Source: Thermoplasmata archaeon (GTDB lineage: Archaea > Thermoplasmatota > Thermoplasmata > Lutacidiplasmatales > UBA184). Taken from it: a stretch of DNA of 64,000 bases. The notes under the pieces are model-generated. The model was given only the letters and a program-made list of their open reading frames with translations, did no database searches and was not told the origin of the DNA. The stretch is taken from positions 16,861 through 80,860 of the forward strand of contig JAKAVY010000001.1 of assembly GCA_021827405.1 (NCBI GenBank). The letters are read 5' to 3'. Made by a program: the position numbers and the translations under genes. Within the stretch, counting starts at the first letter, position 1. Every line of letters begins with the position of its first letter. Positions 20,552 through 28,908 of this stretch are shown here, in pieces.

Positions 20552-21582
20552 GGTCCGACCCCCACGCGCACGATCCCACGGGAACCGAAGTAGCGCAGCC
20601 CGACTAAGTTCACCACCAGGGAGATGGCCAAGAGGAGGAGGGCGACCTCCACCAGCGCATGGAGCAGGTCGGGGTACTCGAAGGCGCTGTCGAACTGCCC
20701 GACCATAAGCGTGGCCATGGTGGAGGAGCCGCTGAACAGGCTCGTGGGGAGCTTCACCTCGTTCCCGATGACCATGAACACCGCCACGGTCTCCCCGACG
20801 GCCCGGCCGAAGCCCAGGAGGACGGCGCTCGGGATGGACCGCCGGGCCCAGGGGATCTGGACCCGGCGCAACACCTCCCAGCGGGTGGCCCCCAACGCCA
20901 GTCCGCTCTCCACCTGTTCCCGGGGGATGGCCCTGAGGCTTTCCCGAAGGAGGGCGGTGGTCAGGGGCACCACCATGATGGTCAGGATGAAGATCGCCAG
21001 GATGAGCCCCGTCCCTCCGGCATACTCGGTGGGGCTGCCCCCGAATCCCGGCAACCAGCCCAGGGCATGGCTCAGCGCGGGATCCAGCTGCTTGGAGAAG
21101 TACGGGGCGAGGATCACGTATCCCCAGATCCCGTAGACCACGGACGGGATACCGGCGAGGAGATCGGTCAGCGAGGTGAGCACCCGGGAGGCCGGAGAGG
21201 GAAGGAAGACCACCAGGCTGATGGCGATGGCCAGGCTGAGGAGCATGGCGAGGACCAAGGCGAACCCGGCGGTCACGGCGCTCCCGATGACGAAATAGAG
21301 GATCCCATAGGTGGCCACCGAGGGGTCCGTGGGGTTCGGGTTCCAGGCCGGGCCGAAGAACCCCAGGCCGAAGTTCTGGAAGTGGGAGGAAAGTAGCAGC
21401 ACCCCCACGATGGCCACGAGGAAGATCCCCGGGATCCACCCTACAGGGGAGGAGAGCCCCCGGAGGAGGGTCCTACGGGAGAAGGGGTTGGGGGGGATGC
21501 GGTCGCGGGTCGCCGGGACGGCCCCCCGCCGGCTGCGCGGTCCGTCTTGCGCCGCGCCCGGTCGTATCCCCCCGTCTGACAC
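20548..21582 (-). CDS. pstC: Phosphate ABC transporter permease PstC
   Basis: LLAGIPSVVYGIWG, ALGATRWE, GRAVGETVAV. GGAG RBS before GTG 21582. Confidence 0.94.
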   Translation of the reverse strand: MSDGGIRPGAAQDGPRSRRGAVPATRDRIPPNPFSRRTLLRGLSSPVGWIPGIFLVAIVGVLLLSSHFQNFGLGFFGPAWNPNPTDPSVATYGILYFVIGSAVTAGFALVLAMLLSLAIAISLVVFLPSPASRVLTSLTDLLAGIPSVVYGIWGYVILAPYFSKQLDPALSHALGWLPGFGGSPTEYAGGTGLILAIFILTIMVVPLTTALLRESLRAIPREQVESGLALGATRWEVLRRVQIPWARRSIPSAVLLGFGRAVGETVAVFMVIGNEVKLPTSLFSGSSTMATLMVGQFDSAFEYPDLLHALVEVALLLLAISLVVNLVGLRYFGSRGIVRVGVGP

Positions 21583-21599
21583 GATGGCTCCCTGGAAGC

Positions 21600-22847
21600 C
21601 TAGCTGCTCACCGGGACCTGCTGGAGCGCCTCCATGTCGTAGCCGATCACGGCCGGGGTGAGCGGCAGGAAGCTCACGGCGGAGAGTTGTTTCCCAGGCT
21701 CGTTCCCGTAGGAGAGGATCCACTGGATGAACTCCACCACGTACCGCTGATGGCTCGGGTTGGCCGGATGGGTGGAGATCAGCAGGTACTCCAAGTTCAC
21801 GATCGGGTACGGAGTCGGGTCGGAGACGGTGGGGTTGGTCCCTCCCGCGCCCAACTGCAGGTTTGTGGCCCCGGGGACGCCGCCGAGGATGAGGCTCACC
21901 GCGACACTGGGGGGAGCCAGGTTGAGCAGGCCCAGGTTGGCGTCCTCACTGATGTTCGTGGCCGAGGGCAAGATGTAGTTCGCGGGGTTGGTCCCGTTGG
22001 CGTTGGCCAGGTTGTCCCCGAGCGCGGCGTAGCCCAGCCCATATCCCAGGGCCTCGGTCTCGTAGCTGATCCCGATGTAGGCGATGCCGTACTGGGTGTT
22101 CTGCAGGCCACTGACCATCCCGCCGTTCCCGTTGTAACCGGGGGAACTGGCCAGCCACTTCACCGTGGTACCGTACCCGTTCGGCCAGCCCTTCCAGGAC
22201 AGGTAGCAGAAGGAGCTGAACATGAACGTGTCCCCGCTCCCGTCGCTCCGGTGCAGCGGGATGATGGTCTGGTCCGGGAGGTTGACGCCCGGGTTGGCCG
22301 CCTGGATGAGCGGATTGTTCCACGTGGTGATCGCCCCGCCATAGATCATGGCCACGATGGTCCCGTTCAGGTGAAGATGGACCTGGTCGAGCCCTGGGAG
22401 GTTGTAGAAGACCAACTGGGCCGAGATGGCCACGGGGACGTTGATGAGGTTGTACTGAGCCGCGGTGGACGGGGTGAGGTAAGCATCCGTCCCCCCGATG
22501 TCCACCGTTCCGGACTCGGCCGAGCTGATCCCGGTCCCGCTTCCCGTGAAGCCCACGGTGACCGCCACGTTCGGGTGGAGGGCCGTGTAGTTGGGTCCCC
22601 ACAGGCTCATCACCGGCGCGATGAGGGTGGATCCTGTCTCCGTGATGGTGACCGAGCTGCCCGCGCTGGTCGAGGAACCTCCGTAGCCCTTCTCCAGCGC
22701 GTAGCCTCCTCCGATCCCGATCAAGAGCAAGACCACGGCCAGGGCCACGGCCAGACCCACGGAGACGGTGGAGCCTCTCTTCGAGGTCCCCCGTCGGGTG
22801 AGCTCGTCGTCGGGTGGGGGGGTCTTGCGTTCGTCGTTGCCGTTCAT
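21600..22847 (-). CDS. pstS: Phosphate ABC transporter substrate-binding protein, N-terminal membrane anchor
   Basis: ETGSTL, TGSGTG, DIGGTDA, HRSDGSGDT, YPIVNLEY. GGAGG RBS. Confidence 0.95.
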   Translation of the reverse strand: MNGNDERKTPPPDDELTRRGTSKRGSTVSVGLAVALAVVLLLIGIGGGYALEKGYGGSSTSAGSSVTITETGSTLIAPVMSLWGPNYTALHPNVAVTVGFTGSGTGISSAESGTVDIGGTDAYLTPSTAAQYNLINVPVAISAQLVFYNLPGLDQVHLHLNGTIVAMIYGGAITTWNNPLIQAANPGVNLPDQTIIPLHRSDGSGDTFMFSSFCYLSWKGWPNGYGTTVKWLASSPGYNGNGGMVSGLQNTQYGIAYIGISYETEALGYGLGYAALGDNLANANGTNPANYILPSATNISEDANLGLLNLAPPSVAVSLILGGVPGATNLQLGAGGTNPTVSDPTPYPIVNLEYLLISTHPANPSHQRYVVEFIQWILSYGNEPGKQLSAVSFLPLTPAVIGYDMEALQQVPVSS

Positions 22848-22863
22848 GCGTCGTTTCCTCCGT

Positions 22864-24039
22864 TCATGACTTCTCCTTTTTCTCTCGGGTGTTCCTTGGG
22901 GTTGTCGAGGGATGCTCCGGCGGGGCCCACCCGTCGGGAAGGGACCGGGGGGAGAGCGCCTTCTCCACGCTTGCGTCCAGGGCGATCTCGGCGAGGTCGG
23001 TCCCGTACGCGGCGGTCCGGTCGATGGACTCCAAGATGAGGGCCAGCGGGACCAGGCAGGACCCTGGGATATGGCCGATCTCCCGGTGCCCGAGCAGCCG
23101 GTCCAGCAAGGCGTGGCGGCCCACCCGGATCCCCTCGATGGCGTCGATGAGGCGGTTCGCCCGGTCCGGGTCCGGGTCCTCCAGGAGGCGCTGGGCCTCT
23201 CCCAGGGCGGACAAGGTCTGTTGGTGGAGCCCGACCAGAGAGGAGCGGAAGCGCGCCGGTAAGCCCCCGGGGGGGAGCCGGGAGACGGCCTCCGAAAGGA
23301 GCACGGCATGGTCAGCCACCCTCTCGAGGGCCCTCGCGGTGGCGAGATAGCTCAACCCGGAGGACGCGTCGGCCCCCGGACCGTCCGCCCCCGGGGGACC
23401 CTTCGATCCCTGGACCAAGCCGCGTTGGAGGAGCCAGGCCAGCCGGTCGACATCGTCGTCGCGACGCGCGAGCGAGAGATCCGGGATCCCCCCGGCGAGG
23501 GCTTCCCCCGCGGCGCGCTGCAGTTCCAGGACCAGCTGGAACATCCGCCGCAGCAGGGAAGGGAAGTCGGGCAGGTGTCCCTCGGAAACATCCTTCAGGA
23601 CCTCCTCCCGCCCGGAAGCCCGAAGGACCTCCAGGTGGCTGGTCCGGCGCAGGAACTCCGGCAGGATCTGGCGGACCTGTCCCGGTTCGGCGCGGAGCAC
23701 GAGCTCACCGGCCCCGGAGAGGTAGGCGGCCACCAGCCGGCGAAAGCCGTGCTCGGGGGGTTCGGTGGGAGCGAGGCGTACGTCGAAACGGACCTTCGCT
23801 CCGCGCAGGTCGGGGCGGCTCACCAGCAGCCGCCCGTCGGCGAGGGGGGTGAGAAGGAGGCTTTCCCCGGGGCGGACCTCCCGGCCCGCCGTGAAGCCCC
23901 GGGGGAGGGCCACCAGCAGTTCCCCTTTGGTCCCCCGGCGGAGGCGCCGGACGGTCGGGTGCGCGGGGGGGGCTGCCGGGGGGTTTCGGGAGAGGGCCCG
24001 GGGCGCGGGGGCCTCGGGGGCGCCTTCCAGGACCGACAC
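22864..24039 (-). CDS. Archaeal phosphate uptake regulator (AbrB-like N-terminus + PhoU domains)
   Basis: VRRL...GELLVALPR (AbrB-like), RRLVAAYLSG, DDDVDRL, LERVADHA, DLAEIALD. First gene of the pst operon. Confidence 0.88.
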   Translation of the reverse strand: MSVLEGAPEAPAPRALSRNPPAAPPAHPTVRRLRRGTKGELLVALPRGFTAGREVRPGESLLLTPLADGRLLVSRPDLRGAKVRFDVRLAPTEPPEHGFRRLVAAYLSGAGELVLRAEPGQVRQILPEFLRRTSHLEVLRASGREEVLKDVSEGHLPDFPSLLRRMFQLVLELQRAAGEALAGGIPDLSLARRDDDVDRLAWLLQRGLVQGSKGPPGADGPGADASSGLSYLATARALERVADHAVLLSEAVSRLPPGGLPARFRSSLVGLHQQTLSALGEAQRLLEDPDPDRANRLIDAIEGIRVGRHALLDRLLGHREIGHIPGSCLVPLALILESIDRTAAYGTDLAEIALDASVEKALSPRSLPDGWAPPEHPSTTPRNTREKKEKS

Positions 24040-24060
24040 GGGGACCTCGGGGGCGTCGTG

Positions 24061-24135
24061 CGAGATATATAGGCTATGAATTTAGAATATAGCTTAGTCC
24101 ATATCTATCCATCTAGTCCATAGACTTATGGTAGG
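24061..24135. promoter_or_regulatory. AT-rich divergent promoter/operator region with repeated TAGTCCATA (putative archaeal pho box)
   Basis: About 75-bp AT-rich island. TAGTCCATA at 24095 and 24114; CTATATAT on the minus strand about 30 nt upstream of GTG 24039. Confidence 0.65.
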
Positions 24136-24259
24136 TCCCTAGGACCGGCAAGGCCCTTCGCCCTCCCTGTCACACTGACGCCGGCGGTACAATCCCACGC
24201 CCGCCGGGCGGACCGGCCCGTTCATGGCCTTCCGGGACCGTCCAGGTCCGGGCCCCCCC

Positions 24260-25618
24260 GTGACGGAGAACCTGATCGTCCTCGTGGCGGATACCCTGCG
24301 CCATCCGGACGGGGTCCCCGGGCTCTCGCTCCCCCGCCACATGCCCTTCCTCGCTTCCCGGCTTCCCCGGGCCCGGGAGGTCCCCGACCTCATGGCCAGT
24401 TCCAGTTGGACGCTCCCTTCGCACCTGGCGCTGCTCGCCGGCTCCCATCCGGCCGAGACCTCCGCGCTTTTGGGCGCTCCCCAGGCCGCCCCGCCGACCC
24501 TCGCCACAGCCTGGCGGAAGGCCGGCGGGGAGAGCCTGGCCTTCTCGGCGAACTACCTGGTCCAGCCCTCCATGGGCGTTGGGAAGGACTTCGACGCCTT
24601 CAACCCGGGGGCCCCGTTCGCCCTCAGCGAGCCCATCCTGCGGGGCTGGCAGTCGGGGGGTCTGGAACGCCGCCTCTTCGAGGCTCTAGCGGACCACCAG
24701 CGTTCCCCCCGCCGGCTCCTCCCCCGTCTGCGGGCCCAGGCCCTCTGGCAGTTGAGCAGCGGGGTGTATGCGGGCACCCAACTGCTCTATCACGGTCCCA
24801 CGGTGGTCCGATCCCTGGACCGGGCCCTCCGGGTCCGCGATCGCCCCCCCCTCCTCCTCTTCGTGAACTTGCTGGACGCCCACGAGCCGTACCTGAGGGG
24901 CGAGACAGGCCCCTGGCCGGATTGGGGCCACCTTCCCGGCCTCGGCCTCTGCCAGCACGTGCCGAACCTCACGCGGGGAAACGCGGCGGCCTCGATGCAG
25001 CGGGCCTACCGGTCGGCCCTGGGGCGGCTCGACTCCTCCTTGGCCGGGATCTTCCGGACCCTCTCGCGGCGAGGCTACCTCGAGGACGCGAGGGTCCTGC
25101 TGGTGAGCGACCACGGGCAGAGCCTGGGAGAGCACGGCTTCTACGGCCACGGCTATTATCTGTACGACGAGCTCGTCCGGGTCCCGGGCTATCTCTGGGA
25201 GTTCCGGGGGGGACGCGCCTTGGACCCCGGTCCCCTGCCCCCGGGGCCCTGGGACCACCGTCACCTCTCCTCCGTGCTAGGAGCCTGGATCGCCTCCCCG
25301 GGTTCCCTCGCCGCGCCGGAGCCCTGGCAGCGGGCCCGCGACCGGTTGGGACCGGCCCTCTCCGTGGTGGAATCGGTCCCCCCGCATCCCCCGGAGGGAC
25401 CTCGGCATGCTGCCGTCCACGGTCCGCGCCATGTGCAAAGCCGCATCTTCCCGGCCCCGGAGAGCCCCGTCTCCCCCCGATCCGGGGGTTTGGGCAGGGA
25501 CGGGGAGAGCTCCCTCAGTCCCCTTCGGACCTACCCCCTCGAGGGGGGGCCGACGGAGCCTCCGGCCCCGCTGGAGAGCGAGGTCGAGGAACGGCTCCGC
25601 GCCTGGGGTTACCTCTGA
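24260..25618 (+). CDS. Alkaline phosphatase superfamily (sulfatase-like) hydrolase
   Basis: NLIVLVADTLR, SWTLPSH, FVNLLDAHEPY, VSDHGQSLGEHG..GHG.YLYDELVRVP, ERLRAWGYL. Alternative start at 24224. Confidence 0.88.
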   Translation: MTENLIVLVADTLRHPDGVPGLSLPRHMPFLASRLPRAREVPDLMASSSWTLPSHLALLAGSHPAETSALLGAPQAAPPTLATAWRKAGGESLAFSANYLVQPSMGVGKDFDAFNPGAPFALSEPILRGWQSGGLERRLFEALADHQRSPRRLLPRLRAQALWQLSSGVYAGTQLLYHGPTVVRSLDRALRVRDRPPLLLFVNLLDAHEPYLRGETGPWPDWGHLPGLGLCQHVPNLTRGNAAASMQRAYRSALGRLDSSLAGIFRTLSRRGYLEDARVLLVSDHGQSLGEHGFYGHGYYLYDELVRVPGYLWEFRGGRALDPGPLPPGPWDHRHLSSVLGAWIASPGSLAAPEPWQRARDRLGPALSVVESVPPHPPEGPRHAAVHGPRHVQSRIFPAPESPVSPRSGGLGRDGESSLSPLRTYPLEGGPTEPPAPLESEVEERLRAWGYL

Positions 25619-25817
25619 ACGCGCTGCTCCCTCAGGGTGGGCTCCGTCCGGACCCCCTCGGGTCCCCCCCCAAGCCCGGACCGGCTTTCCGTGGGGAGGA
25701 TTTATACCCCCTCCCGTTTGCCCGGGCGGGGGAATGAGGAACACCTGTCTCGCTGACCCGATGAGGAGACATGCGACAGACTGACCCCCGCCCCCGGCCT
25801 CTGGGCCCCTCGTAAGC

Positions 25818-26714
25818 ATGCCCGAACCAGAGTTCTCCTGGCGCCCCTTCCTGGCCATCGTCGTGGTGGTCATCCTTCTGGTGGGGGCCGGCATCTACAC
25901 CCTCTCCGTAACGGTGAACAAACCCCTCTCCGGACCGAGCAACCCGACCGTGGTGGAGGGGGACAACGTGTCGGTGAACTACATCGGGACCTTCGGGTCC
26001 GGCATCAACCAGGGAAAGGTCTTCGATACCTCCCTCTTGAGCGTGGCCCGGAACAACGCCACTTTCCCGAAGGCCCTGAGCTTCAGCTTCCGCGGCGTGA
26101 GCGGGTACGTCCCTCTGGAGGCGCATGTGGGCCCCCAGAGCTACACGCCCTTCACCAGCCTCATCACCGGTTTCTGGCAGGGGCTCATAGGGATGAGGGA
26201 GGGGCAGACCAAGGTGGTCACCATCCCCCCCGCCCTGGCCTACGGGGCCGCCAACCAGAGCTTGATCCAGACGCTTCCCTTGGTCCAGGAGATCCCCATG
26301 CTCTACACGTACACTCCGGCTGCGTTTGGCACCGCGTACGGCGGTATCGCGGCCCTCCCCGGCTCCACCTTCACCGACCCGCACTGGGGTTGGACCGACG
26401 TGATCCTGTCCGTGAACGCCACGGCGGTGGTGCTGGAATACGCCCCCACCCTGGGGGAGGTGGTCCACCCCTTCGGTTGGGCCATCACGGTGAGCAACCT
26501 GAACAGCCCGCACAACTCTACCGGCCAGATCACCCTGACCAACCAACTCACTCCCTCCGACGTGGGGACGGTCACCGGAACGAACTTCCAGAACAGCCGG
26601 GTCTTCTACTTGACCAACGTGAACCTACAGGCCGGCACCTACACCCTCGACTACAACTCGCTGACCGCCGGGGCCACGCTCATCTTCACCATCACGCTGG
26701 TGGCCATCTACTGA
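25818..26714 (+). CDS. Membrane-anchored FKBP-type peptidyl-prolyl isomerase
   Basis: N-terminal TM, GDNVSVNYIG, GKVFDTS, ITGFWQGLIGM..G..KVVTIPPALAYG, LDYNSLTAGATLIFTITL. Confidence 0.9.
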   Translation: MPEPEFSWRPFLAIVVVVILLVGAGIYTLSVTVNKPLSGPSNPTVVEGDNVSVNYIGTFGSGINQGKVFDTSLLSVARNNATFPKALSFSFRGVSGYVPLEAHVGPQSYTPFTSLITGFWQGLIGMREGQTKVVTIPPALAYGAANQSLIQTLPLVQEIPMLYTYTPAAFGTAYGGIAALPGSTFTDPHWGWTDVILSVNATAVVLEYAPTLGEVVHPFGWAITVSNLNSPHNSTGQITLTNQLTPSDVGTVTGTNFQNSRVFYLTNVNLQAGTYTLDYNSLTAGATLIFTITLVAIY

Positions 26715-26738
26715 GGGCCTCCTCCGGCAGGAGGGCCC

Positions 26739-27650
26739 TCAGAGCTCGATCTTTCCCTTCTGGAAGAGCGTCCGGAGGTTGTCCTCGGCCGTCCGATGGC
26801 GGACCTCTTCCTCGCGGTGTCCGGCACCTCGTACCGCACGGTTGTGGTCCTCCAAGGTCCGCCGGGCCTCCTGATTGAGCTGCCGGGAGTCCTGGATCTT
26901 GCCCATCACTGACCGCTCCAGTTCCCGGATCTCCAGCCCTAGGGCGTCCGCCTTCTGCAGGGCCTCGCTCCGGGCCTTTCCCCGCGCCCGGATCTCCCCC
27001 ACCAGGTGACCGATCTCCACCAAGCGTCCCTTCACCTGGTCCAAGACCTTCTGACGCTCCCCCCGGAGCTCCTCGAACTTCCCGTTGAGCTCGTCCGCGA
27101 GCTGCCGTGCGCGGGCCAGCTCGTCCCGGGCCCCTTGCTGGGACTGGTCCTCCATCTTCCAGACCGCCTCGGCCTTCTCGGCCTGGGAGAGCTGACCGCG
27201 AAGCTCCCGGATCCGGGTGATCAGCGCATTCTCCTCCTTGAGGGTCATGACCGAGGTCTGCTGCCGGCGCTCCAGCTGGGCGATCTCCTGGGACAGGCGG
27301 TCCGGCCGGGGGCGTGAGTCCGACTCCCGGTGCCTCTCCCGACCCCGCTGGAGCTCGCTGAGCAGTTCCTCCGCGCGGGCCCGGGCCTTATCCCGCTGGG
27401 CCCGGACCTCTGCCTGGCGCCGCCCCAGGTCCCGGTACCGCTGGTGGTACTGCTCGACCTCCTCGTATAGCGGGCCCCGCCGGTCCTGCAGGGTCAGCGC
27501 TTCGTCTCCCAACCTTCGAGCGAGGGCGAGCAGGTCTCCTCGCCGGTCCTTCAGGTTGTAGAGCTTCTGCTCCGCCGAGTGGATCTCCTCGCGGAGGTCT
27601 CGGTCCTTCTGCTCCTGCTCCTCGCTGAGCCAACGAAGGCGGGCGGCCAC
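26739..27650 (-). CDS. Archaeal coiled-coil protein (COG1340-like)
   Basis: Long heptad-rich E/R/Q protein with LERRQQTSVMTLKEENALITRIREL motif and C-terminal KGKIEL. Start uncertain (27650 or 27671). Confidence 0.8.
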   Translation of the reverse strand: MAARLRWLSEEQEQKDRDLREEIHSAEQKLYNLKDRRGDLLALARRLGDEALTLQDRRGPLYEEVEQYHQRYRDLGRRQAEVRAQRDKARARAEELLSELQRGRERHRESDSRPRPDRLSQEIAQLERRQQTSVMTLKEENALITRIRELRGQLSQAEKAEAVWKMEDQSQQGARDELARARQLADELNGKFEELRGERQKVLDQVKGRLVEIGHLVGEIRARGKARSEALQKADALGLEIRELERSVMGKIQDSRQLNQEARRTLEDHNRAVRGAGHREEEVRHRTAEDNLRTLFQKGKIEL

Positions 27651-28095
27651 GGGCGTAGGGAGGGCCTCCACCCGCCTAAAGCCTTTCCGGCGCACGGGTG
27701 GGGAGGGCGTTCCTGCGGCATCCCGCTGCCGAGAGGGTGACCCTCGCACCGGGCCGTAACGTGGCCACGCACCGGGACCGGTCTCGCTGCCATCGGCGAC
27801 GAACTCCCCGGGAGGGGAGGTTTCCGAACGGGCTGAACGGAACGACCTGGGGAAACCGGGGCACGGTCCCTTCCAAAGGAGCCGGGGCTCCGGATCAGGG
27901 GACCGCCCCTCCCCGAGGCTGGCACTCCCGTTTCTTCGTCCCGGCTGAGATGGGCTTCCCCTGGGAACTTCCCGAACTACCCTCGCCCATCCTGCCTCCG
28001 CTGCCTCCTCGCTCGGGGACGGAGCTCGTTCCTGTCCTGGCCCGGGCCCGGGCCCGCCCGAATCATTATTATATGGGGTGGACGTGGGCCTTGCC

Positions 28096-28734
28096 ATGGC
28101 AATGCCTAGCACTGCGGAGGCGCCGTTCACCCAACGAGAAAGCAAGGACCCCTTCTGGGCTCCTGCCACCGTTCTCGGGCTGGCCGGGTTCGGGACGACC
28201 ACCATGCTCGCGGGCGTCGCGATCGCGTCCAACGGGGCGAACTGGGGCGTGGACAACGGGGTGGTCTTTCCCATGGCTCTCGCCTTCGGCGGAACGACCC
28301 AGTTCGTCGCTGGGCTGGTCATGCTCCGCCGGGGGGAGATTTTCCCGGGGTCTGCCTTCGTGGGGTACGGGGCCTTCTGGTGGGCCTTTACGATCTTTCT
28401 GAGCGGACTGTTGGGAACGGGCTTTGCGGGGGGCCCGACCGCCAGCTACGACATCATGTGGTTCATGATCATCTGGTTCCTGTGGACCCTCTCGTTCCTC
28501 ATCAACGCCAATAAGCATGGCTGGGGGATCTTCGGGGTCTTCCTCCTGTTGGACCTGGCGTTCCTGCTCCTATCGATCGACTTCGGGATCCTTGGAGGGG
28601 GGCACACGGTCTCCAACGGCCTCTGGGAGGCCACCGGGATCGAGACCTTCATCACGGGCTTCCTGGCCTGGTACGTGGCGACGGGGGTCCTCACCGCGGC
28701 CCACCACGACGGACGGAAGGTGCTGCCCTTCTAG
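28096..28734 (+). CDS. satP: Acetate uptake transporter, SatP/GPR1/FUN34/YaaH family
   Basis: PATVLGLAGFGTTT, FGGTTQFVAG, YGAFW, AWY; 6 TM. ATTATTATAT TATA at 28065-28074. Confidence 0.92.
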   Translation: MAMPSTAEAPFTQRESKDPFWAPATVLGLAGFGTTTMLAGVAIASNGANWGVDNGVVFPMALAFGGTTQFVAGLVMLRRGEIFPGSAFVGYGAFWWAFTIFLSGLLGTGFAGGPTASYDIMWFMIIWFLWTLSFLINANKHGWGIFGVFLLLDLAFLLLSIDFGILGGGHTVSNGLWEATGIETFITGFLAWYVATGVLTAAHHDGRKVLPF

Positions 28735-28908
28735 GACCCCGGGGCTGCCCTCGCCCAACCCTTTCCTTCTCTTCCTTCCTTCTTTATTGGGGCGATCCCA
28801 CAACGCCCACGGGGAACTGGCCTAGGGGGCAGGCGGGACCCTGACATTGGCGCTGACGGAGAAACGGGTTTATACCGTGGTACGTTCGCGCATGACAGGT
28901 CTTGAACT

